A stretch of 51,854 nucleotides of DNA, filler included, from Perkinsus olseni (taxonomy: Eukaryota): assembly GCA_013115125.1 (NCBI GenBank). It is 2 parts of 2 records of this genome, joined end to end, with 100 filler letters (N's around TTAATTAATTAA, not from the genome) between each part and the next. Parts side by side here need not be neighbours in the genome. Positions count along the whole stretch, not along the records: positions 1 to 25,919 come from JABANN010000491.1; 1 more part is not named here. One strand, 5' to 3'. Below are positions 12,000 to 24,546 of the stretch, in pieces. Positions within the stretch are counted from its first letter, which is position 1; each line of letters begins with the position of its first letter. The translations under genes were made by a program, and so were the position numbers. The notes beneath the pieces are model-generated. The model saw nothing but the letters and a program-made list of their open reading frames with translations, searched no databases and was not told where the DNA came from.

Positions 12000-13192
12000 A
12001 TGAGTTTATCACCTATGTGGTCGTCCAGTCCTCCTCGAGTTGAGTGCACAGGCAGGACCGGCCTCGAGCGGCGGCGTCGCGCGTTGCCCTTCTCGCTATT
12101 GATCGCCGTCACGCTGCTGGGCGTCCTGGTATATACCGCCAGCACCCTGTTCGTGGGTATGCGGAGCCGTGCGGTCACGGGCTTTGCGATGCCTGATGTC
12201 ATAGTATCCCGTCGAGGGGTGCGGGCCAGGTCCATCGCCCTTCCAGCGCAAGACGCTGTTGCCTCTTCGAGCGGTCTGCGGGTGAACAGGCACGCGGAAC
12301 TCTGAGAATGTTGAAGAATCTTCCAGGTCACTCTGCCATATGCCATGAGTGCGCTCGAGGGTGTCATCTCAGCAGCGACTGTTGATTTCCATTACAACCA
12401 GCATCATAAGGGTTACGTTCAGAAGCTTGTCGATGCAACTGGCTGGCCTGGTAGGCTAATCTGTCGACGTGGACTTCCTAGGTTTGAGCCAAGTACGCGT
12501 GTCTTAGAGTCACGGATCGATTTGAAGTCTCTGGTGGCTCTGGGGTCCGCTAGAGCAAGGGAAGCTGTCTTCAACTCGGCAGGGCAAATATATAACCACA
12601 ACATGTAAGCAGACTATCACGTGGGTTGTAGTCTCCTTGTAATATTGGTCGTAACGGGGGACTCGCGTGTTTGATCTGGATATACCCTTTCCGGGTGACA
12701 GGTACTGGTTGTCGATGAATCCCCCGACTACCCTCGGCAGTCGTGTTCCCGCTCGCCTAGCGGAACTGATTCGGGCTAGATGGGGGACTATTGAGACTAT
12801 GAAGGAGGAGTTCATGCGCAAGGGGACGGCGTTGTTCGGCAGTGGCTGGATCTGGTGAGGCCCGCTCCACTAAACGGGCTCGTCCGTCCCGATGAGGTCT
12901 GTCGCTTACGTCCCTCCACAGGCTGGTCTGGGACACCCGTACGAAACGGCTGGATCTCGTAGCGACGAAGGATGCTCACAGCCCCCTCAGCGAGAACAGG
13001 GGGCAGATTCCTCTCTTCACTTGCGGTGAGTTCAGCAGTGTGCTTCTCGGTGTGACGTGGCTGATGTTGCTAGACGTGTGGGAGCATGCGTACTATCTCG
13101 ACTACCAGCACGACCGAGCGGCCTACTTGCGAAAATGGTGGGAGATTATCAATTGGGAATTTGCGGAGTCCAATTTGCCCAAGGATATTTAA
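12000..13192 (+). CDS. SOD: Fe-type superoxide dismutase with N-terminal transmembrane/signal extension
   Basis: LPYAMSALEGVIS, HYNQHHKGYV, FNSAGQIYNH, FGSGWIWL and DVWEHAYYLDY across about 6 exons; TAA at 13190-13192. Hydrophobic stretch LLIAVTLLGVLVYTA in exon 1. Confidence 0.93.
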
Positions 13193-13402
13193 TGACGTTT
13201 CTGAAGCCTCCAATGTTACGTGTAGAGTGAAGCTAGTCTGCGGAGAAGGGTGCGGAAAATGTGGTATTGCCAGCACCGCTCTGCACCGTATCAATGACAG
13301 TTCAATGCCGGCCTTCACATGGCGGCCTCCTCCTCGTCATTCGCTGCCTCGCCCCGCGAGCCAGGGGGCTACAGCCGGCGACGACACCGATCTTTGGATC
13401 CC

Positions 13403-15576
13403 ATGGACAGCGTGGACCGGAACAGACTTATGACTGTACTACCGCGGAGAGGCAAATCACCGGTCGGGAAATAGGGAATGAGCTTCCGTAGCCTTCGCTG
13501 AAAATCACAGCTTGCCTTGTAGTGGTCAGCGGGAGTCGCCCTGCTCGCCGGGGTATGCTACTGCAGTACGCTGATTACCCGGTCGCTCATTGCAGGACCG
13601 ATCGGCATACGTATCCTATCTGGAGGTGCAACTGGAGCGAGTGACCGCCAGCTGTCTGACAGTGCAGGTAAGGCATTCTCCCTCATCGCCGCAGGGGAGC
13701 CTGTGCTCTCAGGGTTTCAGTGACCGCATCAATCAAGTGGCCGACCAGTGTAATGAGATGGAGGCTCGAGTCAACGGACTTGGCAGGTCAGTTCGGGCCA
13801 GCGGAGCAGTCATAGCTCCGGTCTGAACTCGGGTCCTCGCTAGGCAGTTGCGAGAGTTGCAAGCGTTGCAGCTAGAGGAAGGCCCTCAGGGGCAGCAGCA
13901 GGCCGGCGGTGGTGGTGGATACTGGCAGCGGTCACTGGAACGGCGTCTCGCGAAGTAGCGGGCCTTCGAGTCTGCGCGGCTGCACTGCGAGTTGGTCAGG
14001 CTGGAAGCAGAGGTTCGCGATGGGACACCCCAGGGATCGGCGAGAGGGGCGGTAGCTAGCAGTGTAGCACAAACCCCGACGGGAAGTCAGCTCCGTGGAA
14101 GCGGTATCTGTCTGCCGTTCTCAGCCACGGAGCGAAGCCTCGGGGCCCAGCTCCTCGTTGCTGGAGGACCTCACAGACCAAATTCGTGTAGCATCTGATC
14201 GTCCCTGCGCCTCTCTTCATGATGGTGTCGCAGTCGTTCGAGGCTGAGGTCATGACCCGTCTGGATGCTGTGGAGGACATGTCGCAGCGACTGGCCGAGG
14301 AAGCGATGAACCAAGTGGAGGAGGTCAAACACAGCGTGGACGAAGTTCGAGGTGGAACAGATCGCTCGTGGGAATTCTCCACGCTCTCTCACCCCAGGGT
14401 CAGTGACGACGCTGGAAGCTCGATCGACACAAAAGATGAACGAGGGCCTCCAACGGGTCGGCCGCGTCCTCAAAAGGGTGGTCCAAGTAGCAGCAACACT
14501 ACTACTGGGTACTATGTGATGTAGAGGTTCATGCAGGCGCAGAGGGCGATGCAGCAGCGAATGGCATCAGCCGTGAAGGAGAGAGGGAGGGGCCCCTCGG
14601 AAGAAAAAGAGCGAACGCTAGAGACCGACCTAACGGAGGCGTCGGACCTCGCTGAAGCCGAGGAGGATGCTGGTGATTCCGACTTCTCAGCTGCTGCGAA
14701 TCTCGGCCAAGATACTCGTAGGTGGGCTTGCGGAAACACTCCCTGCGGGGCCGTGGCTGCCTCGGGAAGAGGAGACCCGGCCGGAGAGCAAGGGACATGC
14801 GCGTGCTCGATCGGTAGGGGCCGCGGGGTGAGAGTGACAGCAGCGAGTCGCCAGGTGTCCCCGATTCCCAGTAGAGGGTGGGCGACCGCTGATCGGCCTA
14901 GCATGACTCATGTGATCAACGTTCGGGGAGAAGTGACGGTAACCAAGTCACCGGGGCCCGGCGACGGGACGACTGCCACTGCTGCGGCTACTACCGCTGC
15001 AGCCATGGCCTCCGCTGTCTCTGAGGACGAGGAGCCGTCTGGTAGGCTCTCGGCCGAATCGCGACACAGTTGGTTCATGAGTCCTTGCCAGAGATACACA
15101 CGACGCCCCGCGTAGCCCACGCCCCACCAAGAGGCCCGCGAGCATACAGCGCCCCACCGAGGAACAAGCGAACCCCTCAAACTGATCGTGATGGGCGCTG
15201 CTGTCTCGTAGCGTGCGAGGGATGGTCGTAGGTACCGCCACTGCTGGCGGCCTGCTGAACACCCGGGCTGCTCGGGAAAAGCGGCAGGCTGAGATCGCCA
15301 GTTTAGCGAAAGAAGTGAGCTGAATTGTGCTGCCGATTTCCTGTAGGAGTTTGGGGGATTGATTTTTAGTTGCAGCTGCTGGAGCGGGAAGAGCGAGAGT
15401 TCCACAGGCAGTCGCGGTTGAGGGCCCAAAAGCTCCAAAAGGGACCACTCGGCCCGGCGACGAGAGGTAGGGCGAGATGCCGTCACTCGCGTGTGCCTCG
15501 CATGGTTTCCACGCAGCCGGCGGCGGGGCTGGGAGAGGGTCCAAGGTCCACAACGTCGCTGCTGCGTCGGGCCTGA
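13403..15576 (+). CDS. hypothetical coiled-coil protein, multi-exon
   Basis: Exons DRSAYVSYLEVQLERVTASCLTVQ, GFSDRINQVADQCNEMEARV, SFEAEVMTRLDAVEDM and LLEREEREFHRQ joined by short GT-AG introns. Confidence 0.6.
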
Positions 15577-15994
15577 GCAGCACTTCTCAAGCACGCCACT
15601 TTGCCCGTGTCTAGCTGTGTCCAATTAAGTAGTGCGGTCTACGATGGTCCGTAGTAATGGTTGCCGAATCTCCGCGAGCACTCGAGTTCACAGTATCATC
15701 CTGAGTCCCAGTGCTAACTCGAGGGCGTCATTGACTACCGAGTAAATCATTAGGAGATGAGGGTGACACTAACTACGCTTGGGATATCATCCTGAGTCAT
15801 CATCCGTCTCTCGTAGTTGAATGTTTCAGGATAGAATTAGCGACTATGGCCTTCTCGGACTTCTCCTCGGTTTGGTGCGGCTCCTCGCATGGCGTCTCCG
15901 CGGCAACATGTTTGAAGTGATTCAATTGGTGAGGGGGTCTTGCACTGGGAGTGTCTGCTCTGCGGCAGGGGTATCTTCTAAGTTGAGGTAAGAT

Positions 15995-17112
15995 ATGCTT
16001 TTTCCACGTGGCCAGGTGCAGCGATGGAGGCTGAGACACTTCCTGCGCTCCTATCCTCGGTGTCCTCCGCTTAGTAACCCGACAGATGAGCTAGAGTGGG
16101 TAAAGCAGTGGAGAACGCTTCTATCGCACTTGAGCCGGGAGGTGGACCTTCATCGGTCGCGGGAAGCGCAGCAGCACGTGGCTGGCCTGCGGGCACTTCT
16201 TGACCTGCCGGCGGGTACGCCAGTGGAGCGCGTAATCGCAGCAGCGAGGCGAGTACCGAATCCGAGCAACCATTGCCGTCTTTGCGTGAAGGGAGTTGAG
16301 CGGAAGCTGGCCCGAGGCGTGGACATGCGGGCACTGGAAGGGCTAAGGCAACGTCATGCGCAACTGATCCAGGAGCTAGAATTGATAGAGGCTGGCGAGG
16401 AGTACAAAAGATACTTGCGAATCAGAAAACTTCTTCAAGGGAGCCTTGACGCGGGCAGCCCTAGGAGGTCCTCGGGCGAGATGTTCGAGCAGTACGTTTG
16501 CTATGACGATTACTGGCTGAAGAGGGCCGTGGCCTACAGGCTGAGAGTCCAGGACTGGTCGAGGTGGGAGCTGAGCCGCAACGCGGTGTGGCTGGATCAG
16601 AAGGGGAGGAGGTGGGTAAGGGCGGAGCGAAGCTACTCTTAGTAGGATGTCTCTTGAGTTGCAGCGATCGTACGTTCAGGTGTGGCGAGGTTGACTGTGG
16701 TGTGGTGGTAGGGGAGTCACTCGTCGCTGTGATCGAGTGCAAGGCGGGCTGTCTTCAAATCGCCACTGCTGCGAGCCAGCAAGAGCGGCACCTCTCTGAG
16801 AGCCCCGGGTGCACCCTTCTGCTGCGTGACGGTACCCGAGCTGTCCCGTCCAGCGACTGTATGGTTTTCGTAGCCACTACCCTCCCAGACCATCGTTATG
16901 GTGTAGGAATCGAGCCACATCTTTTATCGGCTCTGAGCTGGAGTCTGTCGCGCCACCAGCTGTGGGTGAAGGCTCGTGAGAATAACTTGTCGGCTGAGGA
17001 AATCATAGAAGTGGTCGAAGATGCCAGGAGGAGGATTCCTCGGTGGTGCCGTGAGGTCCTTCCTCCCCTAGACTGGCTGGAAGAATACCCCTCGAAGCTA
17101 CTCGTATTTTGA
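15995..17112 (+). CDS. PD-(D/E)xK restriction-endonuclease-fold protein with N-terminal helical/coiled-coil region
   Basis: Two exons (intron 16612-16679, phase 2) give GEMFEQYV...NAVWLDQKGRRCGEVDCGVVVGESLVAVIECKAG. Confidence 0.6.
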
Positions 17113-17152
17113 AATCTTGTTTGACTCACGCCCCCAGTTTTCGAGTGTTCAG

Positions 17153-17661
17153 AAATTCTTACTTCACGATGGCTTGAGTTCCTCGACGTCTACTATGCCC
17201 AGAGGGCGGAATATCACGCGCGCCTGGTCTGGCGGTTGGAGGGTGATGAGGAAGAGCCTTCTCGCTCGCCCAGTGACGTGACGCCACCGTACTGCATCCC
17301 GCGCTTCCCCTCTCTTGCTTCGACCGACTTCTCCTCTCCGCTTGGCTGTCGCCTACTACGTGAGCACAGGCACGCAAGTCCACTGTAGCCGACTACAGGC
17401 CAAGAGAAGTTGCGGTCGGGCGATAAGCTCCTGGGCATGTTAGCGGCGACGCTCTGGTTGTGTGGAGACTTCCCCGTCTCTCCCCGGGGCTGCAGTTCTG
17501 CTTCCCCTGGCGTCTCTGAGTGCGATTGGGAATCTGGAGACAGACTGGCCAGTGATAGGGCGGGTTTGAACATGATCCTTCGCCGTGAGCTCGAGGTGGC
17601 CCTTTCTCGGTGGGTTGTTCATGTCTGGCAGGATGAGGAAACGGCTGTCGCTAGTCAGTAG
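17153..17661 (+). CDS. hypothetical coding exons, start not identified
   Basis: Frame RWLEFLDVYYAQRAEY continues in frame over intron 17360-17398 to QEKLRSGDKLLGML...RRELE. Confidence 0.3.
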
Positions 17662-17684
17662 CTTTCAGGGCTTACATTCTCGTA

Positions 17685-19434
17685 ATGGCATTCTCGGGCG
17701 CCCCGTTCAGAGGCGAGGTCAGCTCCTTCCGTGCGGTGAAAGTTGGTGAGACGCGGATTCCTGCTGCTGCATCTGGCTGTACTGCTGCTGCTACTGCCAG
17801 GCATCCTAGACCCTGTGTCAATCATCGTCCTCACTGCGAACTTCGGGACCTTCGGGGACATCGAAAAAGTGGAAATCTCAGACTCGTCCGACCCAGCGCT
17901 CATCCGGAGTTGTGAAGTCACCATAAGGTCACTACCCCTCGACCGTATTCAGCATGAAGGCTCGCTGTCGACTGCTCAGGTACTTCGATTCGCGCTGTGC
18001 TGTGCATGTGGTTAAGAATCTTGGACATGCGTCTGCCGCGAGTCCCCTGGTAACCAGGCCGAGCCTTCCCCGGGATGCAGGACCCCGTGCTGCAGGTTAT
18101 CCGCGTCGAAGTCCCCGGTCTTCAAGTGGTTGAACACATGAAGTTGGTCTCGTGCCGGGCTGACCGTACACCAATCCCTCAAGAAAGAAGGTTTGTTAAT
18201 CTTACGAAGGTCAAGTGGACGATAGCTGACACGCTCAGCTGTTGTCAGCAGTTTGGCGAGGTGTAAGCGAGGATAGTGCGAGATGTCCCGCGGCTTTGGG
18301 CACCGATGAGGTCTCCTCAGGGAATCTATCAACCACCTAGAACCATCCTATGCTGCGAGGCGCCCGCAAAGTCGCGCTACCAAAATTGCCTTCTTCGACG
18401 TCCGATCGACATCCGTTCGAGTTCGCTAGGGTACGTTCGGTGAGGCGCGTTCGCGCGGCTGTTGACTCATGTTTGGCAGGTTTTTGCTGCAGTGGTTGAA
18501 GCCCATCGTCTCCAGGCCGAGGCAGCACTGTCTGGAGTCTCTTCCGGCTTCACGGCTGGTGCACTAGACAACGTTCCCTACAAGAATAGCAAGCAGCCCA
18601 GCTCTCAATCCCTACAGCAGCAGCCGCTCACCGGTCTCAATCTGAGCTGTGGATTAGAAGCTCCCAGTCAACAATATATGACCGAAGGCTTGGGCAATAG
18701 TAACCGAGACGCCGATGAGGCAACTCGGCGACAGATGGTGGGGTTCCACAGTCCAGGTGACCTTCTTAGTGATGCTCTCTCCTCAGGACACTTCTTTCTT
18801 ATCGCTTGGGCAAGATTGTCAAGCATGGCGAGGAAGTGGCAACAACGTTATGACGGATGACTGTAGACGAACGCTGGTAACGTAGCCTTTTTCGTTGACG
18901 ACGATGATCATCATTATTTCAGGTGAAATTACTATCGTCAATCTCGGACTCCAATGCTTCTGCTTCCGACCAGGTGAGCTAGCGCATCTCCTGCAGTTGC
19001 ACATCTTTAGTGAGTTCCTTTTTCAGCCACATCATCGTGGGCTGGCTCAAGGTGTGCTCGGGCTCCAGCAAAGTCAACAGAAATTACTTCAAGACTCATT
19101 GAACTACACTGAAGGCACCGGTGTGCAAAGCTACACGCCGTCCTCATCGCGAGACACTTTACTGATCGACCAGTGGGTCCCGAAGGCTGGAATTATGGGT
19201 GAGGAGAAAATCTGTGACTGCGACTTACCGCTGGAGCAACTCGAGGCCATTTTCTCAGGTGATGGATCGTACGTTGATCCTGATGAGGGGTTATATTATA
19301 ATAACAGCTTCGAAGACTCCCATCTTGAACGCTTCATGGTGGAGAGTATTGGCTACGACCATAGTCAAGGAATCGATTGCGGTGACGTGTTTTACAGAAC
19401 CGCTCTCGGGGCCGGTGGCACGACTCGAAGCTAA
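17685..19434 (+). CDS. RRM-like RNA-binding protein, multi-exon; 3' structure uncertain
   Basis: MAFSGAPF...RAVKV/GILDPVSIIVLTANFGTFGDIEKVEI and a second repeat RFVNLTKVKWTIADTLSCCQQFGEV resemble RRM FGxI/V motifs; Q/S-rich downstream exons. Confidence 0.45.
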
Positions 19435-19860
19435 CCCAAAGGTAGCTAAGTGGGCGAGTGTGTGGAATTGGCCGGGTCGCGCTCGATTAAGCATGCGGAG
19501 TTGAAACATAGGATCCTGGAGGGTTGAGCTTGTGTTGGTCTAGCCATTCTCGTTGGATGATTTTAGACATGCACGATAGAATCTCGTTTGCAGTAGGACT
19601 GGTTTCAGTTTCAGGTGGTCAGTTGATGGTGTCGGTTCGGTTATAGTATATCACCAATCTCTCAGTGCAACTGCTCGAGTTAATAAGAAGAGCATTTTTA
19701 CTTGTGCAAGCGGGGTCCCTTAGGTTTAATGCTGCTGGTTTCGCTGAGCCAGTCCCGGGAACTTCTCACTCTGTTAAGCCAAGGGATTTGCTGAGTCGAC
19801 CGCTTCGGTGTGGACAATGGCAAGCCCCCGCTGTCTCGATACGTGAGGATTTCTTTCGCG

Positions 19861-19905
19861 CATCATCATCATCATCATCATCATTATCGTTATTATTATT
19901 ATCAT
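19861..19905. repeat. (CAT)n/(TAT)n microsatellite
   Basis: catcatcatcatcatcatcatcattatcgttattattattatcat. Confidence 0.9.
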
Positions 19906-20418
19906 ACGCACTTACGATATCGGACAGAAGAAGTAAAACTCTCTTTTCGCATATTTCTCGCTCTATCGCTGGGCCTCTAAAGCAATACGGCAATGTCTGT
20001 CATTTCATCAACATTATCAGCCCCTCCGTTCTGCCCAGGCGCAGCGCGCCATCTTTTCATCCATTTTTTTATTCTCGGTTGCTTCTTGGTGATCAAGGAC
20101 CCTGACTCGCTCGCAAGGCAATTTTTTCCCTTTTCTGAGAGTTTGAGATGGTTACACGCTTGATGGCCTTGAGGGATACTAAATAATTGCTATTGTTGGT
20201 CATGCTGGGCAGCAGCAAGTAGCTCTCATTGATGAGAGATCAGACCTGCTACTGCCAAGGGTTTACTCATAGGCTCAGATTATTGGACCACTTGTTGCAC
20301 AGCGTTTATTCGCATTTCACTGGTACTCGGGGCTTTTCTTCTCACTCGTCGACGAACTTGCGTGAGTGACTTCAATCGAACTCGTACGCGGTGTAGGGCA
20401 GGAAACGATTTTGCTTCA

Positions 20419-21131
20419 ATGAAAGATTCAGCAGCAGGACCTCTTGAGAGTCTCAACTGTGAGCAGCGTCAAGTGTTTCAAGACAGAGAGGTCAGAACAA
20501 CGCGAGACCTACTTTACTGGATGCCATTTGCATGCAGGAAGAACTCCGGGAGGGACACGAGGAGTACCTTAGGAGCCATTCAGAACTGAGACAGATTCTG
20601 AACGATTTCATCGCGGCGACACTCTTGCAGCAGCCAGTGAGTGATTCGACGGGGACTCTGAAGAACGATTCCAGGCGCGTCTGCCCTCCTCCACATGATA
20701 GCGAATACGGGCCGCGAGGGTGAACTCCTCTGTGCGATACCTCATCATTGTGCATGCCACTGGGCATATAGCTGAGTGTTCGCGTGATTGATTGAAGCAC
20801 GGCGGTTTCCGGTCCGAGTCGGAACATTTCTCGGGCCACAGAATCCTTGGAGTGTTCTCCATGGCGATATCTGGTGCCCCAGCTGAGCCACGGAGTTCGG
20901 CTTCTTTGGAGATCTCCTGATAAGGGATCCGTTGAGTTTTTATGAGGTTGCTGTATAACTCAGGAGGATATCTTCGACTTCGCCAAGAACTACTTCTTAG
21001 CATTCAAGACTCCCACCGATACGACGAAGAGGGGTAGCACTTTCTCGTTTGTTGATCATCACCTTGGCATGTCGCTGCTGTTGTGGTTGCTCTCTACAGG
21101 TGTCGCTACGGATGAAGACTCCTCGGCTTAA
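20419..21131 (+). CDS. RIIAD1: RIIa domain-containing protein 1-like
   Basis: Spliced product MKDSAAGPLESLNCEQRQVFQDRE/EELREGHEEYLRSHSELRQILNDFIAATLLQQP/EDIFDFAKNYF...; the YLxxH...P-D/E-I-x-E/D-F-A-x-x-Y-F RIIa signature; TAA at 21129-21131. Confidence 0.75.
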
Positions 21132-21591
21132 GCATGCATCAGCATAGACCGACTCTTCGCCCTCTTGCGTCGTGTTCCTCGCGCAGTATCGGTGGGAACT
21201 TGAGCGCACGGAAAGAATTTGGGCAGGACAGTTGTCCACTGGGGGACCCCGTGATACTCGTTTACCCTCGACAAGGGTTTTCCGGCAAACAGCCCGCGAA
21301 ACCATGGACGATGAAATTGGGCCAGACGGGCTCAATATCATAAAAATGCGACGCCGGAGTTTGATAGATCCTCGAGGTGTGCAACCAGAATTACAACGCG
21401 AAAGCACCTCCAAGGAGCCCCTCCGCTCAGCCACGATTTTCTGTTCTTAGCCAAGAGGGCTGCCATTGGAGCGAAGCGACGAACTCCGCTTGTACTCGTT
21501 AACGGAGCATCAACGGCGAGCTCTTTGGCTCATTAATGTTGATACACTACCTGGAAGAAGTTTCTTGTCGTGCACTGCGTGAGATAACTTC

Positions 21592-22627
21592 TTAATAGGC
21601 ATGGCCGACCACTCGAACGAAACTTCTCTCTGGATAGCGGGAGTGCAACGGCCTCCATAGGCGGAACACAGTCATGGGTGCACTCTGCAGCAGAATGCCG
21701 TGCCGAAGGTCGGCATAATCACCTGACTGCCCGCACTGACTTGGCGGCCGGATGGGGACGAAATAGCGCTCGAAGTCGGTCCTGGACTCCGCCCGAGCCT
21801 CCCGGAGGAACCTGCGGGAATCTCTAGTCAACATCGACGCGTGTAGAGAGGTAGTGCTACCGTAGCGCGTCGTCCCTGACCATCCGCTGTGAAGCTTCAT
21901 GGCCTGCTCTCGTGGCCGGTCTGCTCAACCTTCGGTACTGCCGCCGTGACTCGGTGAGGAAGTGGGATCTGCATTGGCGTCTATGGGAAGGTCAACGGAC
22001 GGACCCCAGCCGCTAGCCTTCGTACTCGCCCGTGCCAACCTCACTCACCTAGACTCGGGCATCACCTGCGGCAGAAGCCGCGTTCGAGTGACTTCCCTGA
22101 CCGCGTAAATCCAGTGCAAGCGGTTGAGAATCTTGGTGGACACCGCCGAGCCTGAGATCGCGACCTGCTCCCTGCAAGCGAGGGGATACGTACCAAATCG
22201 CGAGAACGGCAGGCTCAGCAGTCGGCACTCATGGGAGGTGACGACGACCGTGTAAACCGATCGTAACTGGCATCAATGCGAGTTCATAGAGACTGAAAGA
22301 TTCGGGTCTCACTGCCTGAGTTGTCCTCGAGGACGGTGGCAGAAGGACATAGTTCTCCATCCCGAACGGCTCGCCAGCGCCCAATTCTGCTATAGAGTGG
22401 CTGTCAAGTAGAGCCCCAGCTGCTCCTGAGTGGAGACTTGACAGTCGAGAGGACGACTGATGCTCTACCAAGTTCGTAAGCCTCTTGTCTTGGTCGAGTC
22501 TTCGAGGTCGCGAGAAGAAGCCTGCAGGATCCCTGCACGATGAAGTGGATTCTTCTCGCTGATGCTCGGCTAGAGTTCTGTTCAACCACGACATGGTCCC
22601 TGAGTCTCCCCATGGAAACCACCGCAT
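21592..22627 (-). CDS. hypothetical protein, multi-exon; 5' end uncertain
   Basis: Co-oriented ORFs 22229-22627 and 21592-21900 with intervening GT/AG sites; no recognised motif. Confidence 0.4.
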
Positions 22628-23192
22628 ATAACCACACAGATTTCTGACCTCTGGTGGGTGTAGGACTCGCAGGCTACGTTGAGTCGCTCGATTTCCTTTG
22701 GCGTGCAGTCCGTGAACATTTTACTCAAAAAGATACCATCGTGCTGGTATCTGCGGCGACTACCTCGGCCAAGAAAGTCTGTCCCTGCCTCTTACGTCTC
22801 TGACGATCGTTCCTCCGCCACCTACAGAGCGAAGAAGTATCTCTCCACACACTCTCCCACCAGAGGAAATCCTCACCTGGAAATCCGAGACTGCTTCTTG
22901 CTGAACTTTCGCTAGCTGTCGTGTGCCCACTATCGCCGCGCCTGCCAGGGAAGATTGCAAATGATGTAGTTGGAAAGCACTCTACTAGCCCTCTTGAAGA
23001 AACCTCGATGGTCTTTGAGCGATGCCATAGGGACTTGTTAACTCGTCAGAACGAGCTGTCGTTGTAAGCAATGTCGAACACTCGATCGCACCTCTCGCCG
23101 ATTCCTATGCCACCCCGCGTGAGTTGTCGATTAACAACACTACAGGAAACCCCGGAAATCGACGAGGCTTATGACAAGCATGTGAAGCAGAA

Positions 23193-24278
23193 TCACTTTT
23201 CGGCTTCCTCAGAATCCTCGTCTCCGCCATCGCTCCCAATCTCGAATGATACCATCGCCTGAAGACCAAGCCCGTGAGGATCTTTCATTACAGGGAGGCC
23301 TCCCAGTGCTTCTCCGGTATAGACTGTTGTGTGGTCGAGTTAGGCCTCACCTTATGCTGGAACATCATCACACAAAAGTCTTCAAAGTCAAGAGCAGCCG
23401 TTATGTAGTCGATAGCGAACAGCCCCGCAGTATCTGCCAGGCTCCCAAGAGTATCTTCGAGCGAACTGTTTCTCCTAGTGAGTATCTCAATGCTAGGATA
23501 GCAGCATGAAGTCCTACAGCTCCATGCCACGCTAAGACTGGCTATGGTCAGAGAGACTCACTTTATATTCAGGCATATTCTATGCGTCATCAACTTGTCA
23601 CGTTCGAAAAGGTTTGCTTTGGTTACTACGGCTTGCAAAGTGAGCGCTAATTCATATACAAGCGGAGACTATGACACGAGTTGTGTCAGGGGTAGGGGTG
23701 TCACGCAACGTACTTTCGAAGGAAGGCAGGAACGGAGGGTGAGCACACTGCCCCTGACCACACGGCCCACCTTTCTCGGCGATGACTTCTAAGTAGGTAG
23801 CGAACTCCTCATCAGAGACTCGATGAGCATCCAGAACGTCTGAGATGGCCACCGTTGCAATAGTGAAGTACTAACCACCCCTAGCCAACGGTTTACTCTT
23901 TATTTCATCTTCAATAAGGCTTTGATACGCCAGAAAGATGTTGTGCCAGTCTAAGGGGATGTCTTGGTCCAAGTCACGGTCATCGAAGGTGTCCGCGTGG
24001 TCGAATATGAACTTGGATACGGCCTGTGGACGGCATGGCTGCTTCTGAGACCTGCGTAACAGCTCACATCGGTGAACTTGCCACTGGTACACTCGAGTTC
24101 AAGGGCTGCGAAGAATTCCAATACTCGCTGGGTCTCAGCCTCCTCTGAGAACAACGTTTCCGAATAGCCAGCGTGCAAAGTCGTTCCGACTGCAGGAGAG
24201 GGCACTGGGACTACCCGCGGCGTCTTCAAAAGGAGGCTCCGCAGCGGTGATGCTGTCTGGAACAACCTCAGTAGACAT
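23193..24278 (-). CDS. BART (ARL2-binding) domain protein, CFAP36/ARL2BP-like
   Basis: Exons AVSKFIFDHADTFDD...LDWHNIFLAYQSLIEDEI, SDVLDAHRVSDEEF and IDYITAALDFEDFCVMM match the BART pattern; acidic tail ending EEAEK-TGA at 23193. Confidence 0.75.
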
Positions 24279-24546
24279 GAAGGAAACTGTCTCAGCACTA
24301 AAGATGAATCTCTGTCACGGGCACGCGTCACATATAGTTTGTGACGCGTGTGACGGTTAACAAAGCTTTCGTCATGGGTGCCGATCGAAATGTAACGCGG
24401 TGAGATCCTACTAAATGCGCACATCGCTCCGCTCACAGCGCATGACATGTTCCGCGCTTTTCATATAGCATGTCGGAGAGTTGAGCTTGTGGGTCTGCAT
24501 TGTGGATTCTGGGTTCTCAGTTTGCTCTATTGAACAGGGGGTTAGA

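Noticed and set aside
14908-15624. Minus-strand ORFs of 238 and 211 aa
   Set aside because: GC-rich antisense to the plus-strand coiled-coil gene, whose splice sites are on the plus strand.
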